A stretch of 64,000 nt of DNA from the human T2T-CHM13v2.0 reference genome, Homo sapiens. The stretch's first letter is position 1; the number at the start of each line of letters is the position of its first letter. Position numbers and translations under genes: made by a program. The stretch is from the NCBI RefSeq assembly GCF_009914755.1, contig NC_060939.1; one strand, written 5' to 3'. Shown one piece after another: positions 1 through 14,600 of the stretch. The notes under the pieces are model-generated. The model was not told where the DNA came from. It did not search any database and was given only the letters and a program-made list of their open reading frames with translations.

Positions 1-107
1 TTCTATTCAACTCTATTGCCTTCCATTCCATTCCATTCGATTACATTCCATGCGATTCCATTCGAAATCGAATCAATTACATTGCAATCCATTACTATTG
101 AGTCCGT

Positions 108-113
108 TTTATT
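108..113 (-). promoter_or_regulatory. AATAAA hexamer on the GGAAT strand, once per unit (putative polyadenylation signal)
   Basis: The plus strand reads TTTATT within GAGTCC(G/A)TTTTATTCCAG, conserved in the units inspected. This is a motif match only. Confidence 0.15.
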
Positions 114-824
114 CCAGTCCACTGCATTCTGGTCCATTCCATTTGATTCCATTCCATTCTATTCCATTCCATACAGTTGCATTCCATTGGATTCCATGCT
201 ATATCTATAAATTCAATTCGAGACCATTGCTTTTGAGTCCATTCTATATGATTCCATTCCATTCAAGTCCATTACATTTGGTTAAATTCCATTCCATTCG
301 GTTCAATTCCATTCCATTCCATTCCCTTCCATTCCATTCCAGTTGATATCAATCCATTCGATTCCATTCCATTCGAGCACATTCCATTCGAGTCCATTCC
401 ATTCGATGCCATTCCATTTGATTCTATTCCATTAGTCTCCATTCAATTCCATTAATCTCCATTCCATTCCATTCTACTCCAACTGATTCCATTCCATTCT
501 ATTCATTTCCATTCCATTTCATTCCATTCCATTCCATTCCATTCCATTCCATTCGTGTCCATTCCACTCCAGTCCATTCCATTCGTATCCATTCCATTCC
601 AGTCCATTCCATTTGTGTCCACTGCATTCCATTCCACTCCATTCCATATTATTCCATTACACTCCATTCCATTCTATTACTTTCATTTCCATTCAATTCC
701 ATTCCATTTGATTCCATTCCACTCGGTTTCATTCCATTTGAGTCCACTCCATTCCATTCCATTCCATTCAGTTCCATTCCATTCTGTTCCATTCCATTCC
801 GTTCCATTACATTCCATTCCATTC

Positions 825-2627
825 GGTACCATTCCATATTGTTCCATTCGATTCCATTCGAATCCATTCCATTCCAGTCCATTCCATTCGATTCCATTCC
901 ATTCATTTCAATTCCATTCCATTCCATTCCATTCCATTCCACTTGATTCCTCTCCATTCCCTTCCACTGCATTCCGTTCGATTCCATTCCATTGCATTGC
1001 ATTCCATTCCATTGGATTGCATTCCATTCGATTCCATTCCATTCGAATCAATTACATAGCAATCCATTACATTCGAGTCTATTCTATTCCGTTCCATTCG
1101 ATTTCGTTCCAATCCATTCGATTCCATTCCATTCGATTCCATTCCATACTATTGCATTCCATTCGATTACATTATATTCGAATAAGTTCCATTCAAGACC
1201 ATTTCTTTTGAGTCCATTCTATTTGAGTCCATTCCCTTTGATTCCATAACATTTGAGTCCATTCAATTCCATTCCTTTCGTTTCCATTCCATTTGATGCC
1301 ATTCCATTCAATTCTGTTCTACTCGACTCCAATACATTCAATTCCATTCCATCCGATTCCATTACATTCTTTTCATTTCTTATCCATTTCAAGCCATTCC
1401 ACTCCATTCCATTCCACTCGTTTCCTTTCCATTCGAGTCCATTCCTCTCCAGTCCATTCCGTTCAATCCATTCCATTCCAGTCCATTCCATTCGAGTCCG
1501 TTCCATTCCAGTCCATTCCATTCGAGTCAATTCCATTCCATTCGATGTCTTTCCATAACGATCCATTCCATTCTATTCCTTTCGATTCCATTCCATTCTA
1601 TTTCATTCCATTCGATTCCCTTCCATTGGACTCCTTTCCATTCGAGTGCATTCCATTCCGTTCCATTTCTTTCCGTTCTGTACGATTCCTACCGTTCGAT
1701 TTCATTTTGTTCCAGTCCATTCTTTCGCGTCCATTCCATTCCATTTCACTCCATTCGATTCCATTCCACTCGATTCCACTTCGTTCCATTTCATTGCATT
1801 CCATTCTATTCAACTCTATTGCCTTCCATTCCATTCCATTCCATTACATTCCATGCGATTCCATTCGAAATCGAATCAATTACATTGCAATCCATTACTA
1901 TTGAGTCCGTTTTATTCCAGTCCACTGCATTCTGGTCCATTCCATTTGATTCCATTCCATTCTATTCCATTCCATACAGTTGCATTCCATTGGATTCCAT
2001 GCTATATCTATAAATTCAATTCGAGACCATTGCTTTGGAGTCCATTCTATATGATTCCATTCCATTCAAGTCCATTACATTTGGTTAAATTCCATTCCAT
2101 TCGGTTCAATTCCATTCCATTCCATTCCCTTCCATTCCATTCCAGTTGATATCAATCCATTCGATTCCATTCCATTCGAGCACATTCCATTCGAGTCCAT
2201 TCCATTCGATGCCATTCCATTTGATTCTATTCCATTAGTCTCCATTCAATTCCATTAATCTCCATTCCATTCCATTCTACTCCAACTGATTCCATTCCAT
2301 TCTATTCCTTTTTATTCCATTTCATTCCATTCCATTCCATTCCATTCCATTCCATTCGTGTCCATTCCACTCCAGTCCATTCCATTCGTATCCATTCCAT
2401 TCCAGTCCATTCCATTTGTGTCCACTGCATTCCATTCCACTCCATTCCATATTATTCCATTACACTCCATTCCATTCTATTACTTTCATTTCCATTCAAT
2501 TCCATTCCATTTGATTCCATTCCACTCGGTTTCATTCCATTTGAGTCCACTCCATTCCATTCCATTCCATTCAGTTCCATTCCATTCTGTTCCATTCCAT
2601 TCCGTTCCATTACATTCCATTCCATTC
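825..2627 (+). repeat. Representative 1,803 bp monomer (KpnI to KpnI)
   Basis: GGTACC occurs at 825-830 and again at 2628-2633. It recurs 36 times, the last at 63791. A single EcoRV GATATC also occurs per unit (e.g. 345-350). Confidence 0.95.
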
Positions 2628-5600
2628 GGTACCATTCCATATTGTTCCATTCGATTCCATTCGAATCCATTCCATTCCAGTCCATTCCATTCGATTCCAT
2701 TCCATTCATTTCAATTCCATTCCATTCCATTCCATTACATTCCACTTGATTCCTCTCCATTCCCTTCCACTGCATTCCGTTCGATTCCATTCCATTGCAT
2801 TGCATTCCATTCCATTGGATTGCATTCCATTCGATTCCATTCCATTCGAATCAATTACATAGCAATCCATTACATTCGAGTCTATTCTATTCCGTTCCAT
2901 TCGATTTCGTTCCAATCCATTCGATTCCATTCCATTCGATTCCATTCCATACTATTGCATTCCATTCGATTACATTATATTCGAATAAGTTCCATTCAAG
3001 ACCATTTCTTTTGAGTCCATTCTATTTGAGTCCATTCCCTTTGATTCCATAACATTTGAGTCCATTCAATTCCATTCCTTTCGTTTCCATTCCATTTGAT
3101 GCCATTCCATTCAATTCTGTTCTACTCGACTCCAATACATTCAATTCCATTCCATCCGATTCCATTACATTCTTTTCATTTCTTATCCATTTCAAGCCAT
3201 TCCACTCCATTCCATTCCACTCGTTTCCTTTCCATTCGAGTCCATTCCTCTCCAGTCCATTCCGTTCAATCCATTCCATTCCAGTCCATTCCATTCGAGT
3301 CCGTTCCATTCCAGTCCATTCCATTCGAGTCAATTCCATCCCATTCGATGTCTTTCCATAACGATCCATTCCATTCTATTCCTTTCGATTCCATTCCATT
3401 CTATTTCATTCCATTCGATTCCCTTCCATTGGACTCCTTTCCATTCGAGTGCATTCCATTCCGTTCCATTTCTTTCCGTTCTGTACGATTCCTACCGTTC
3501 GATTTCATTTTGTTCCAGTCCATTCCTTTCGCGTCCATTCCATTCCGTTTCACTCCATTCGATTCCATTCCACTCGATTCCACTTCGTTCCATTTCATTG
3601 CATTCCATTCTATTCAACTCTATTGCCTTCCATTCCATTCCTTTCGATTACATTCCATGCGATTCCATTCGAAATCGAATCAATTACATTGCAATCCATT
3701 ACTATTGAGTCCATTTTATTCCAGTCCACTGCATTCTGGTCCATTCCATTTGATTCCATTCCATTCTATTCCATTCCATACAGTTGCATTCCATTGGATT
3801 CCATGCTATATCTATAAATTCAATTCGAGACCATTGCTTTTGAGACCATTCTATATGATTCCATTCCATTCAAGTCCATTACATTTGGTTCAATTCCATT
3901 CCATTCGGTTCAATTCCATTCCATTCCATTCCCTTCCATTCCATTCCAGTTGATATCAATCCATTCGATTCCATTCCATTCGAGCACATTCCATTCGAGT
4001 CCATTCCATTCGATGCCATTCCATTTGATTCTATTCCATTAGTCTCCATTCAATTCCATTAATCTCCATTCCATTCCATTCTACTCCAACTGATTCCATT
4101 CCATTCTATTCCTTTTTATTCCATTTCATTCCATTCCATTCCATTCCATTCCATTCCATTCCATTCGTGTCCATTCCACTCCAGTCCATTCCATTCGTAT
4201 CCATTCCATTCCAGTCCATTCCATTTGTGTCCACTGCATTCCATTCCACTCCATTCCATATTATTCCATTACACTCCATTCCATTCTATTACTTTCATTT
4301 CCATTCAATTCCATTCCATTTGATTCCATTCCACTCGGTTTCATTCCATTTGAGTCCACTCCATTCCATTCCATTCCATTCAGTTCCATTCCATTCTGTT
4401 CCATTCCATTCCGTTCCATTACATTCCATTCCATTCGGTACCATTCCATATTGTTCCATTCGATTCCATTCGAATCCATTCCATTCCAGTCCATTCCATT
4501 CGATTCCATTCCATTCATTTCAATTCCATTCCATTCCATTCCATTCCATTCCACTTGATTCCTCTCCATTCCCTTCCACTGCATTCCGTTCGATTCCATT
4601 CCATTGCATTGCATTCCATTCCATTGGATTGCATTCCATTCGATTCCATTCCATTCGAATCAATTACATAGCAATCCATTACATTCGAGTCTATTCTATT
4701 CCGTTCCATTCGATTTCGTTCCAATCCATTCGATTCCATTCCATTCGATTCCATTCCATACTATTGCATTCCATTCGATTACATTATATTCGAATAAGTT
4801 CCATTCAAGACCATTTCTTTTGAGTCCATTCTATTTGAGTCCATTCCCTTTGATTCCATAACATTTGAGTCCATTCAATTCCATTCCTTTCGTTTGCATT
4901 CCATTTGATGCCATTCCATTCAATTCTGTTCTACTCGACTCCAATACATTCAATTCCATTCCATCCGATTCCATTACATTCTTTTCATTTCTTATCCATT
5001 TCAAGCCATTCCACTCCATTCCATTCCACTCGTTTCCTTTCCATTCGAGTCCATTCCTCTCCAGTCCATTCCGTTCAATCCATTCCATTCCAGTCCATTC
5101 CATTCGAGTCCGTTCCATTCCAGTCCATTCCATTCGAGTCAATTCCATTCCATTCGATGTCTTTCCATAACGATCCATTCCATTCTATTCCTTTCGATTC
5201 CATTCCATTCTATTTCATTCCATTCGATTCCCTTCCATTGGACTCCTTTCCATTCGAGTGCATTCCATTCCGTTCCATTTCTTTCCGTTCTGTACGATTC
5301 CTACCGTTCGATTTCATTTTGTTCCAGTCCATTCTTTCGCGTCCATTCCATTCCATTTCACTCCATTCGATTCCATTCCACTCGATTCCACTTCGTTCCA
5401 TTTCATTGCATTCCATTCTATTCAACTCTATTGCCTTCCATTCCATTCCATTCGATTACATTCCATGCGATTCCATTCGAAATCGAATCAATTACATTGC
5501 AATCCATTACTATTGAGTCCGTTTTATTCCAGTCCACTGCATTCTGGTCCATTCCATTTGATTCCATTCCATTCTATTCCATTCCATACAGTTGCATTCC

Positions 5601-8600
5601 ATTGGATTCCATGCTATATCTATAAATTCAATTCGAGACCATTGCTTTTGAGTCCATTCTATATGATTCCATTCCATTCAAGTCCATTACATTTGGTTAA
5701 ATTCCATTCCATTCGGTTCAATTCCATTCCATTCCATTCCCTTCCATTCCATTCCAGTTGATATCAATCCATTCGATTCCATTCCATTCGAGCACATTCC
5801 ATTCGAGTCCATTCCATTCGATGCCATTCCATTTGATTCTATTCCATTAGTCTCCATTCAATTCCATTAATCTCCATTCCATTCCATTCTACTCCAAATG
5901 ATTCCATTCCATTCTATTCCTTTTTATTCCATTTCATTCCATTCCATTCCATTCCATTCCATTCCATTCCATTCGTGTCCATTCCACTCCAGTCCATTCC
6001 ATTCGTATCCATTCCATTCCAGTCCATTCCATTTGTGTCCACTGCATTCCATTCCACTCCATTCCATATTATTCCATTACACTCCATTCCATTCTATTAC
6101 TTTCATTTCCATTCAATTCCATTCCATTTGATTCCATTCCACTCGGTTTCATTCCATTTGAGTCCACTCCATTCCATTCCATTCCATTCAGTTCCATTCC
6201 ATTCTGTTCCATTCCATTCCGTTCCATTACATTCCATTCCATTCGGTACCATTCCATATTGTTCCATTCGATTCCATTCGAATCCATTCCATTCCAGTCC
6301 ATTCCATTCGATTCCATTCCATTCATTTCAATTCCATTCCATTCCATTCCATTACATTCCACTTGATTCCTCTCCATTCCCTTCCACTGCATTCCGTTCG
6401 ATTCCATTCCATTGCATTGCATTCCATTCCATTGGATTGCATTCCATTCGATTCCATTCCATTCGAATCAATTACATAGCAATCCATTACATTCGAGTCT
6501 ATTCTCTTCCGTTCCATTCGATTTCGTTCCAATCCATTCGATTCCATTCCATTCGATTCCATTCCATACTATTGCATTCCATTCGATTACATTATATTCG
6601 AATAAGTTCCATTCAAGACCATTTCTTTTGAGTCCATTCTATTTGAGTCCATTCCCTTTGATTCCATAACATTTGAGTCCATTCAATTCCATTCCTTTCG
6701 TTTCCATTCCATTTGATGCCATTCCATTCAATTCTGTTCTAATCGACTCCAATACATTCAATTCCATTCCATCCGATTCCATTACATTCTTTTCATTTCT
6801 TATCCATTTCAAGCCATTCCACTCCATTCCATTCCACTCGTTTCTTTTCCATTCGAGTCCATTCCTCTCCAGTCCATTCCGTTCAATCCATTCCATTCCA
6901 GTCCATTCCATTCGAGTCCGTTCCATTCCAGTCCATTCCATTCGAGTCAATTCCATTCCATTCGATGTCTTTCCATAACGATCCATTCCATTCTATTCCT
7001 TTCGATTCCATTCTATTCTATTTCATTCCATTCGATTCCCTTCCATTGGACTCCTTTCCATTCGAGTGCATTCCATTCCGTTCCATTTCTTTCCGTTCTG
7101 TACGATTCCTACCGTTCAATTTCATTTTGTTCCAGTCCATTCTTTCGCGTCCATTCCATTCCATTTCACTCCATTCGATTCCATTCCACTCGATTCCACT
7201 TCGTTCCATTTCATTGCATTCCATTCTATTCAACTCTATTGCCTTCCATTCCATTCCATTCGATTACATTCCATGCGATTCCATTCGAAATCGAATCAAT
7301 TACATTGCAATCCATTACTATTGAGTCCGTTTTATTCCAGTCCACTGCATTCTGGTCCATTCCATTTGATTCCATTCCATTCTATTCCATTCGATACAGT
7401 TGCATTCCATTGGATTCCATGCTATATCTATAAATTCAATTCGAGACCATTGCTTTTGAGTCCATTCTATATGATTCCATTCCATTCAAGTCCATTACAT
7501 TTGGTTAAATTCCATTCCATTCGGTTCAATTCCATTCCATTCCATTCCCTTCCATTCCATTCCAGTTGATATCAATCCATTCGATTCCATTCCATTCGAG
7601 CACATTCCATTCGAGTCCATTCCATTCGATGCCATTCCATTTGATTCTATTCCATTAGTCTCCATTCAATTCCATTAATCTCCATTCCATTCCATTCTAC
7701 TCCAACTGATTCCATTCCATTCTATTCCTTTTTATTCCATTTCATTCCATTCCATTCCATTCCATTCCATTCCATTCGTGTCCATTCCACTCCAGTCCAT
7801 TCCATTCGTATCCATTCCATTCCAGTCCATTCCATTTGTGTCCACTGCATTCCATTCCACTCCATTCCATATTATTCCATTACACTCCATTCCATTCTAT
7901 TACTTTCATTTCCATTCAATTCCATTCCATTTGATTCCATTCCACTCGGTTTCATTCCATTTGAGTCCACTCCATTCCATTCCATTCCATTCAGTTCCAT
8001 TCCATTCTGTTCCATTCCATTCCGTTCCATTACATTCCATTCCATTCGGTACCATTCCATATTGTTCCATTCGATTCCATTCGAATCCATTCCATTCCAG
8101 TCCATTCCATTCGATTCCATTCCATTCATTTCAATTCCATTCCATTCCATTCCATTCCATTCCACTTGATTCCTCTCCATTCCCTTCCACTGCATTCCGT
8201 TCGATTCCATTCCATTGCATTGCATTCCATTCCATTGGATTGCATTCCATTCGATTCCATTCCATTCGAATCAATTACATAGCAATCCATTACATTCGAG
8301 TCTATTCTCTTCCGTTCCATTCGATTTCGTTCCAATCCATTCGATTCCATTCCATTCGATTCCATTCCATACTATTGCATTCCATTCGATTACATTATAT
8401 TCGAATAAGTTCCATTCAAGACCATTTCTTTTGAGTCCATTCTATTTGAGTCCATTCCCTTTGATTCCATAACATTTGAGTCCATTCAATTCCATTCCTT
8501 TCGTTTCCATTCCATTTGATGCCATTCCATTCAATTCTGTTCTACTCGACTCCAATACATTCAATTCCATTCCATCCGATTCCATTACATTCTTTTCATT

Positions 8601-11600
8601 TCTTATCCATTTCAAGCCATTCCACTCCATTCCATTCCACTCGTTTCCTTTCCATTCGAGTCCATTCCTCTCCAGTCCATTCCGTTCAATCCATTCCATT
8701 CCAGTCCATTCCATTCGAGTCCGTTCCATTCCAGTCCATTCCATTCGAGTCAATTCCATTCCATTCGATGTCTTTCCATAACGATCCATTCCATTCTATT
8801 CCTTTCGATTCCATTCCATTCTATTTCATTCCATTCGATTCCCTTCCATTGGACTCCTTTCCATTCGAGTGCATTCCATTCCGTTCCATTTCTTTCCGTT
8901 CTGTACGATTCCTACCGTTCGATTTCATTTTGTTCCAGTCCATTCTTTCGCGTCCATTCCATTCCATTTCACTCCATTCGATTCCATTCCACTCGATTCC
9001 ACTTCGTTCCATTTCATTGCATTCCATTCTATTCAACTCTATTGCCTTCCATTCCATTCCATTCGATTACATTCCATGCGATTCCATTCGAAATCGAATC
9101 AATTACATTGCAATCCATTACTATTGAGTCCGTTTTATTCCAGTCCACTGCATTCTGGTCCATTCCATTTGATTCCATTCCATTCTATTCCATTCCATAC
9201 AGTTGCATTCCATTGGATTCCATGCTATATCTATAAATTCAATTCGAGACCATTGCTTTTGAGTCCATTCTATATGATTCCATTCCATTCAAGTCCATTA
9301 CATTTGGTTAAATTCCATTCCATTCGGTTCAATTCCATTCCATTCCATTCCCTTCCATTCCATTCCAGTTGATATCAATCCATTCGATTCCATTCCATTC
9401 GAGCACATTCCATTCGAGTCCATTCCATTCGATGCCATTCCATTTGATTCTATTCCATTAGTCTCCATTCAATTCCATTAATCTCCATTCCATTCCATTC
9501 TACTCCAACTGATTCCATTCCATTCTATTCCTTTCCATTCCATTTCATTCCATTCCATTCCATTCCATTCCATTCGTGTCCATTCCACTCCAGTCCATTC
9601 CATTCGTATCCATTCCATTCCAGTCCATTCCATTTGTGTCCACTGCATTCCATTCCACTCCATTCCATATTATTCCATTACACTCCATTCCATTCTATTA
9701 CTTTCATTTCCATTCAATTCCATTCCATTTGATTCCATTCCACTCGGTTTCATTCCATTTGAGTCCACTCCATTCCATTCCATTCCATTCCATTCAGTTC
9801 CATTCCATTCTGTTCCATTCCATTCCGTTCCATTACATTCCATTCCATTCGGTACCATTCCATATTGTTCCATTCGATTCCATTCGAATCCATTCCATTC
9901 CAGTCCATTCCATTCGATTCCATTCCATTCATTTCAATTCCATTCCATTCCATTCCATTACATTCCACTTGATTCCTCTCCATTCCCTTCCACTGCATTC
10001 CGTTCGATTCCATTCCATTGCATTGCATTCCATTCCATTGGATTGCATTCCATTCGATTCCATTCCATTCGAATCAATTACATAGCAATCCATTACATTC
10101 GAGTCTATTCTCTTCCGTTCCATTCGATTTCGTTCCAATCCATTCGATTCCATTCCATTCGATTCCATTCCATACTATTGCATTCCATTCGATTACATTA
10201 TATTCGAATAAGTTCCATTCAAGACCATTTCTTTTGAGTCCATTCTATTTGAGTCCATTCCCTTTGATTCCATAACATTTGAGTCCATTCAATTCCATTC
10301 CTTTCGTTTCCATTCCATTTGATGCCATTCCATTCAATTCTGTTCTACTCGACTCCAATACATTCAATTCCATTCCATCCGATTCCATTACATTCTTTTC
10401 ATTTCTTATCCATTTCAAGCCATTCCACTCCATTCCATTCCACTCGTTTCCTTTCCATTCGAGTCCATTCCTCTCCAGTCCATTCCGTTCAATCCATTCC
10501 ATTCCAGTCCATTCCATTCGAGTCCGTTCCATTCCAGTCCATTCCATTCGAGTCAATTCCATTCCATTCGATGTCTTTCCATAACGATCCATTCCATTCT
10601 ATTCCTTTCGATTCCATTCCATTCTATTTCATTCCATTCGTTTCCCTTCCATTGGACTCCTTTCCATTCGAGTGCATTCCATTCCGTTCCATTTCTTTCC
10701 GTTCTGTACGATTCCTACCGTTCGATTTCATTTTGTTCCAGTCCATTCTTTCGCGTCCATTCCATTCCATTTCACTCCATTCGATTCCATTCCACTCGAT
10801 TCCACTTCGTTCCATTTCATTGCATTCCATTCTATTCAACTCTATTGCCTTCCATTCCATTCCATTCGATTACATTCCATGCGATTCCATTCGAAATCGA
10901 ATCAATTACATTGCAATCCATCACTATTGAGTCCGTTTTATTCCAGTCCACTGCATTCTGGTCCATTCCATTTGATTCCATTCCATTCTATTCCATTCCA
11001 TACAGTTGCATTCCATTGGATTCCATGCTATATCTATAAATTCAATTCGAGACCATTGCTTTTGAGTCCATTCTATATGATTCCATTCCATTCAAGTCCA
11101 TTACATTTGGTTAAATTCCATTCCATTCGGTTCAATTCCATTCCATTCCATTCCCTTCCATTCCATTCCACTTGATATCAATCCATTCGATTCCATTCCA
11201 TTCGAGCACATTCCATTCGAGTCCATTCCATTCGATGCCATTCCATTTGATTCTATTCCATTAGTCTCCATTCAATTCCATTAATCTCCATTCCATTCCA
11301 TTCTACTCCAACTGATTCCATTCCATTCTATTCCTTTCCATTCCATTTCATTCCATTCCATTCCATTCCATTCCATTCCATTCGTGTCCATTCCACTCCA
11401 GTCCATTCCATTCGTATCCATTCCATTCCAGTCCATTCCATTTGTGTCCACTGCATTCCATTCCACTCCATTCCATATTATTCCATTACACTCCATTCCA
11501 TTCTATTACTTTCATTTCCATTCAATTCCATTCCATTTGATTCCATTCCACTCGGTTTCATTCCATTTGAGTCCACTCCATTCCATTCCATTCCATTCCA

Positions 11601-14600
11601 TTCAGTTCCATTCCATTCTGTTCCATTCCATTCCGTTCCATTACATTCCATTCCATTCGGTACCATTCCATATTGTTCCATTCGATTCCATTCGAATCCA
11701 TTCCATTCCAGTCCATTCCATTCGATTCCATTCCATTCATTTCAATTCCATTCCATTCCATTCCATTATATTCCACTTGATTCCTCTCCATTCCCTTCCA
11801 CTGCATTCCGTTCGATTCCATTCCATTGCATTGCATTCCATTCCATTGGATTGCATTCCATTCGATTCCATTCCATTCGAATCAATTACATAGCAATCCA
11901 TTACATTCGAGTCTATTCTCTTCCGTTCCATTCGATTTCGTTCCAATCCATTCGATTCCATTCCATTCGATTCCATTCCATACTATTGCATTCCATTCGA
12001 TTACATTATATTCGAATAATTTCCATTCAAGACCATTTCATTTGAGTCCATTCTATTTGAGTCCATTCCCTTTGATTCCATAACATTTGAGTCCATTCAA
12101 TTCCATTCCTTTCGTTTCCATTCCATTTGATGCCATTCCATTCAATTCTGTTCTACTCGACTCCAATACATTCAATTCCATTCCATCCGATTCCATTACA
12201 TTCTTTTCATTTCTTATCCATTTCAAGCCATTCCACTCCATTCCATTCCACTCGTTTCCTTTCCATTCGAGTCCATTCCTCTCCAGTCCATTCCGTTCAA
12301 TCCATTCCATTCCAGTCCATTCCATTCGAGTCCGTTCCATTCCAGTCCATTCCATTCGAGTCAATTCCATTCCATTCGATGTCTTTCCATAACGATCCAT
12401 TCCATTCTATTCCTTTCGATTCCATTCCATTCTATTTCATTCCATTCGATTCCCTTCCATTGGACTCCTTTCCATTCGAGTGCATTCCATTCCGTTCCAT
12501 TTCTTTCCGTTCTGTACGATTCCTACCGTTCGATTTCATTTTGTTTCAGTCCATTCTTTCGCGTCCATTCCATTCCATTTCACTCCATTCGATTCCATTC
12601 CACTCGATTCCACTTCGTTCCATTTCATTGCATTCCATTCTATTCAACTCTATTGCCTTCCATTCCATTCCATTCCATTACATTCCATGCGATTCCATTC
12701 TAAATCGAATCAATTACATTGCAATCCATTACTATTGAGTCCGTTTTATTCCAGTCCACTGCATTCTGGTCCATTCCATTTGATTCCATTCCATTCTATT
12801 CCATTCCATACAGTTGCATTCCATTGGATTCCATGCTATATCTATAAATTCAATTCGAGACCATTGCTTTTGAGTCCATTCTATATGATTCCATTCCATT
12901 CAAGTCCATTACATTTGGTTAAATTCCATTCCATTCGGTTCAATTCCATTCCATTCCATTCCCTTCCATTCCATTCCAGTTGATATCAATCCATTCGATT
13001 CCATTCCATTCGAGCACATTCCATTCGAGTCCATTCCATTCGATGCCATTCCATTTGATTCTATTCCATTAGTCTCCATTCAATTCCATTAATCTCCATT
13101 CCATTCCATTCTACTCCAACTGATTCCATTCCATTCTATTCCTTTCCATTCCATTTCATTCCATTCCATTCCATTCCATTCCATTCCATTCGTGTCCATT
13201 CCACTCCAGTCCATTCCATTCGTATCCATTCCATTCCAGTCCATTCCATTTGTGTCCACTGCATTCCATTCCACTCCATTCCATATTATTCCATTACACT
13301 CCATTCCATTCTATTACTTTCATTTCCATTCAATTCCATTCCATTTGATTCCATTCCACTCGGTTTCATTCCATTTGAGTCCACTCCATTCCATTCCATT
13401 CCATTCAGTTCCATTCCATTCTGTTCCATTCCATTCCGTTCCGTTACATTCCATTCCATTCGGTACCATTCCATATTGTTCCATTCGATTCCATTCGAAT
13501 CCATTCCATTCCAGTCCATTCCATTCGATTCCATTCCATTCATTTCAATTCCATTCCATTCCATTCCATTACATTCCACTTGATTCCTCTCCATTCCCTT
13601 CCACTGCATTCCGTTCGATTCCATTCCATTGCATTGCATTCCATTCCATTGGATTGCATTCCATTCGATTCCATTCCATTCGAATCAATTACATAGCAAT
13701 CCATTACATTCGAGTCTATTCTCTTCCGTTCCATTCGATTTCGTTCCAATCCATTCGATTCCATTCCATTCGATTCCATTCCATACTATTGCATTCCATT
13801 CGATTACATTATATTCGAATAAGTTCCATTCAAGACCATTTCTTTTGAGTCCATTCTATTTGAGTCCATTCCCTTTGATTCCATAACATTTGAGTCCATT
13901 CAATTCCATTCCTTTCGTTTCCATTCCATTTGATGCCATTCCATTCAATTCTGTTCTACTCGACTCCAATACATTCAATTCCATTCCATCCGATTCCATT
14001 ACATTCTTTTCATTTCTTATCCATTTCAAGCCATTCCACTCCATTCCATTCCACTCGTTTCCTTTCCATTCGAGTCCATTCCTCTCCAGTCCATTCCGTT
14101 CAATCCATTCCATTCCAGTCCATTCCATTCGAGTCCGTTCCATTCCAGTCCATTCCATTCGAGTCAATTCCATCCCATTCGATGTCTTTCCATAACGATC
14201 CATTCCATTCTATTCCTTTCGATTCCATTCCATTCTATTTCATTCCATTCGATTCCCTTCCATTGGACTCCTTTCCATTCGAGTGCATTCCATTCCGTTC
14301 CATTTCTTTCCGTTCTGTACGATTCCTACCGTTCGATTTCATTTTGTTCCAGTCCATTCCTTTCGCGTCCATTCCATTCCATTTCACTCCATTCGATTCC
14401 ATTCCACTCGATTCCACTTCGTTCCATTTCATTGCATTCCATTCTATTCAACTCTATTGCCTTCCATTCCATTCCATTCGATTACATTCCATGCGATTCC
14501 ATTCGAAATCGAATCAATTACATTGCAATCCATTACTATTGAGTCCGTTTTATTCCAGTCCACTGCATTCTGGTCCATTCCATTTGATTCCATTCCATTC

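Noticed and set aside
520-555. Non-B DNA potential of (CATTC)n/(GGAAT)n (fold-back, i-motif)
   Set aside because: This is a generic, previously described property of the pentamer. Nothing specific to this window supports it.
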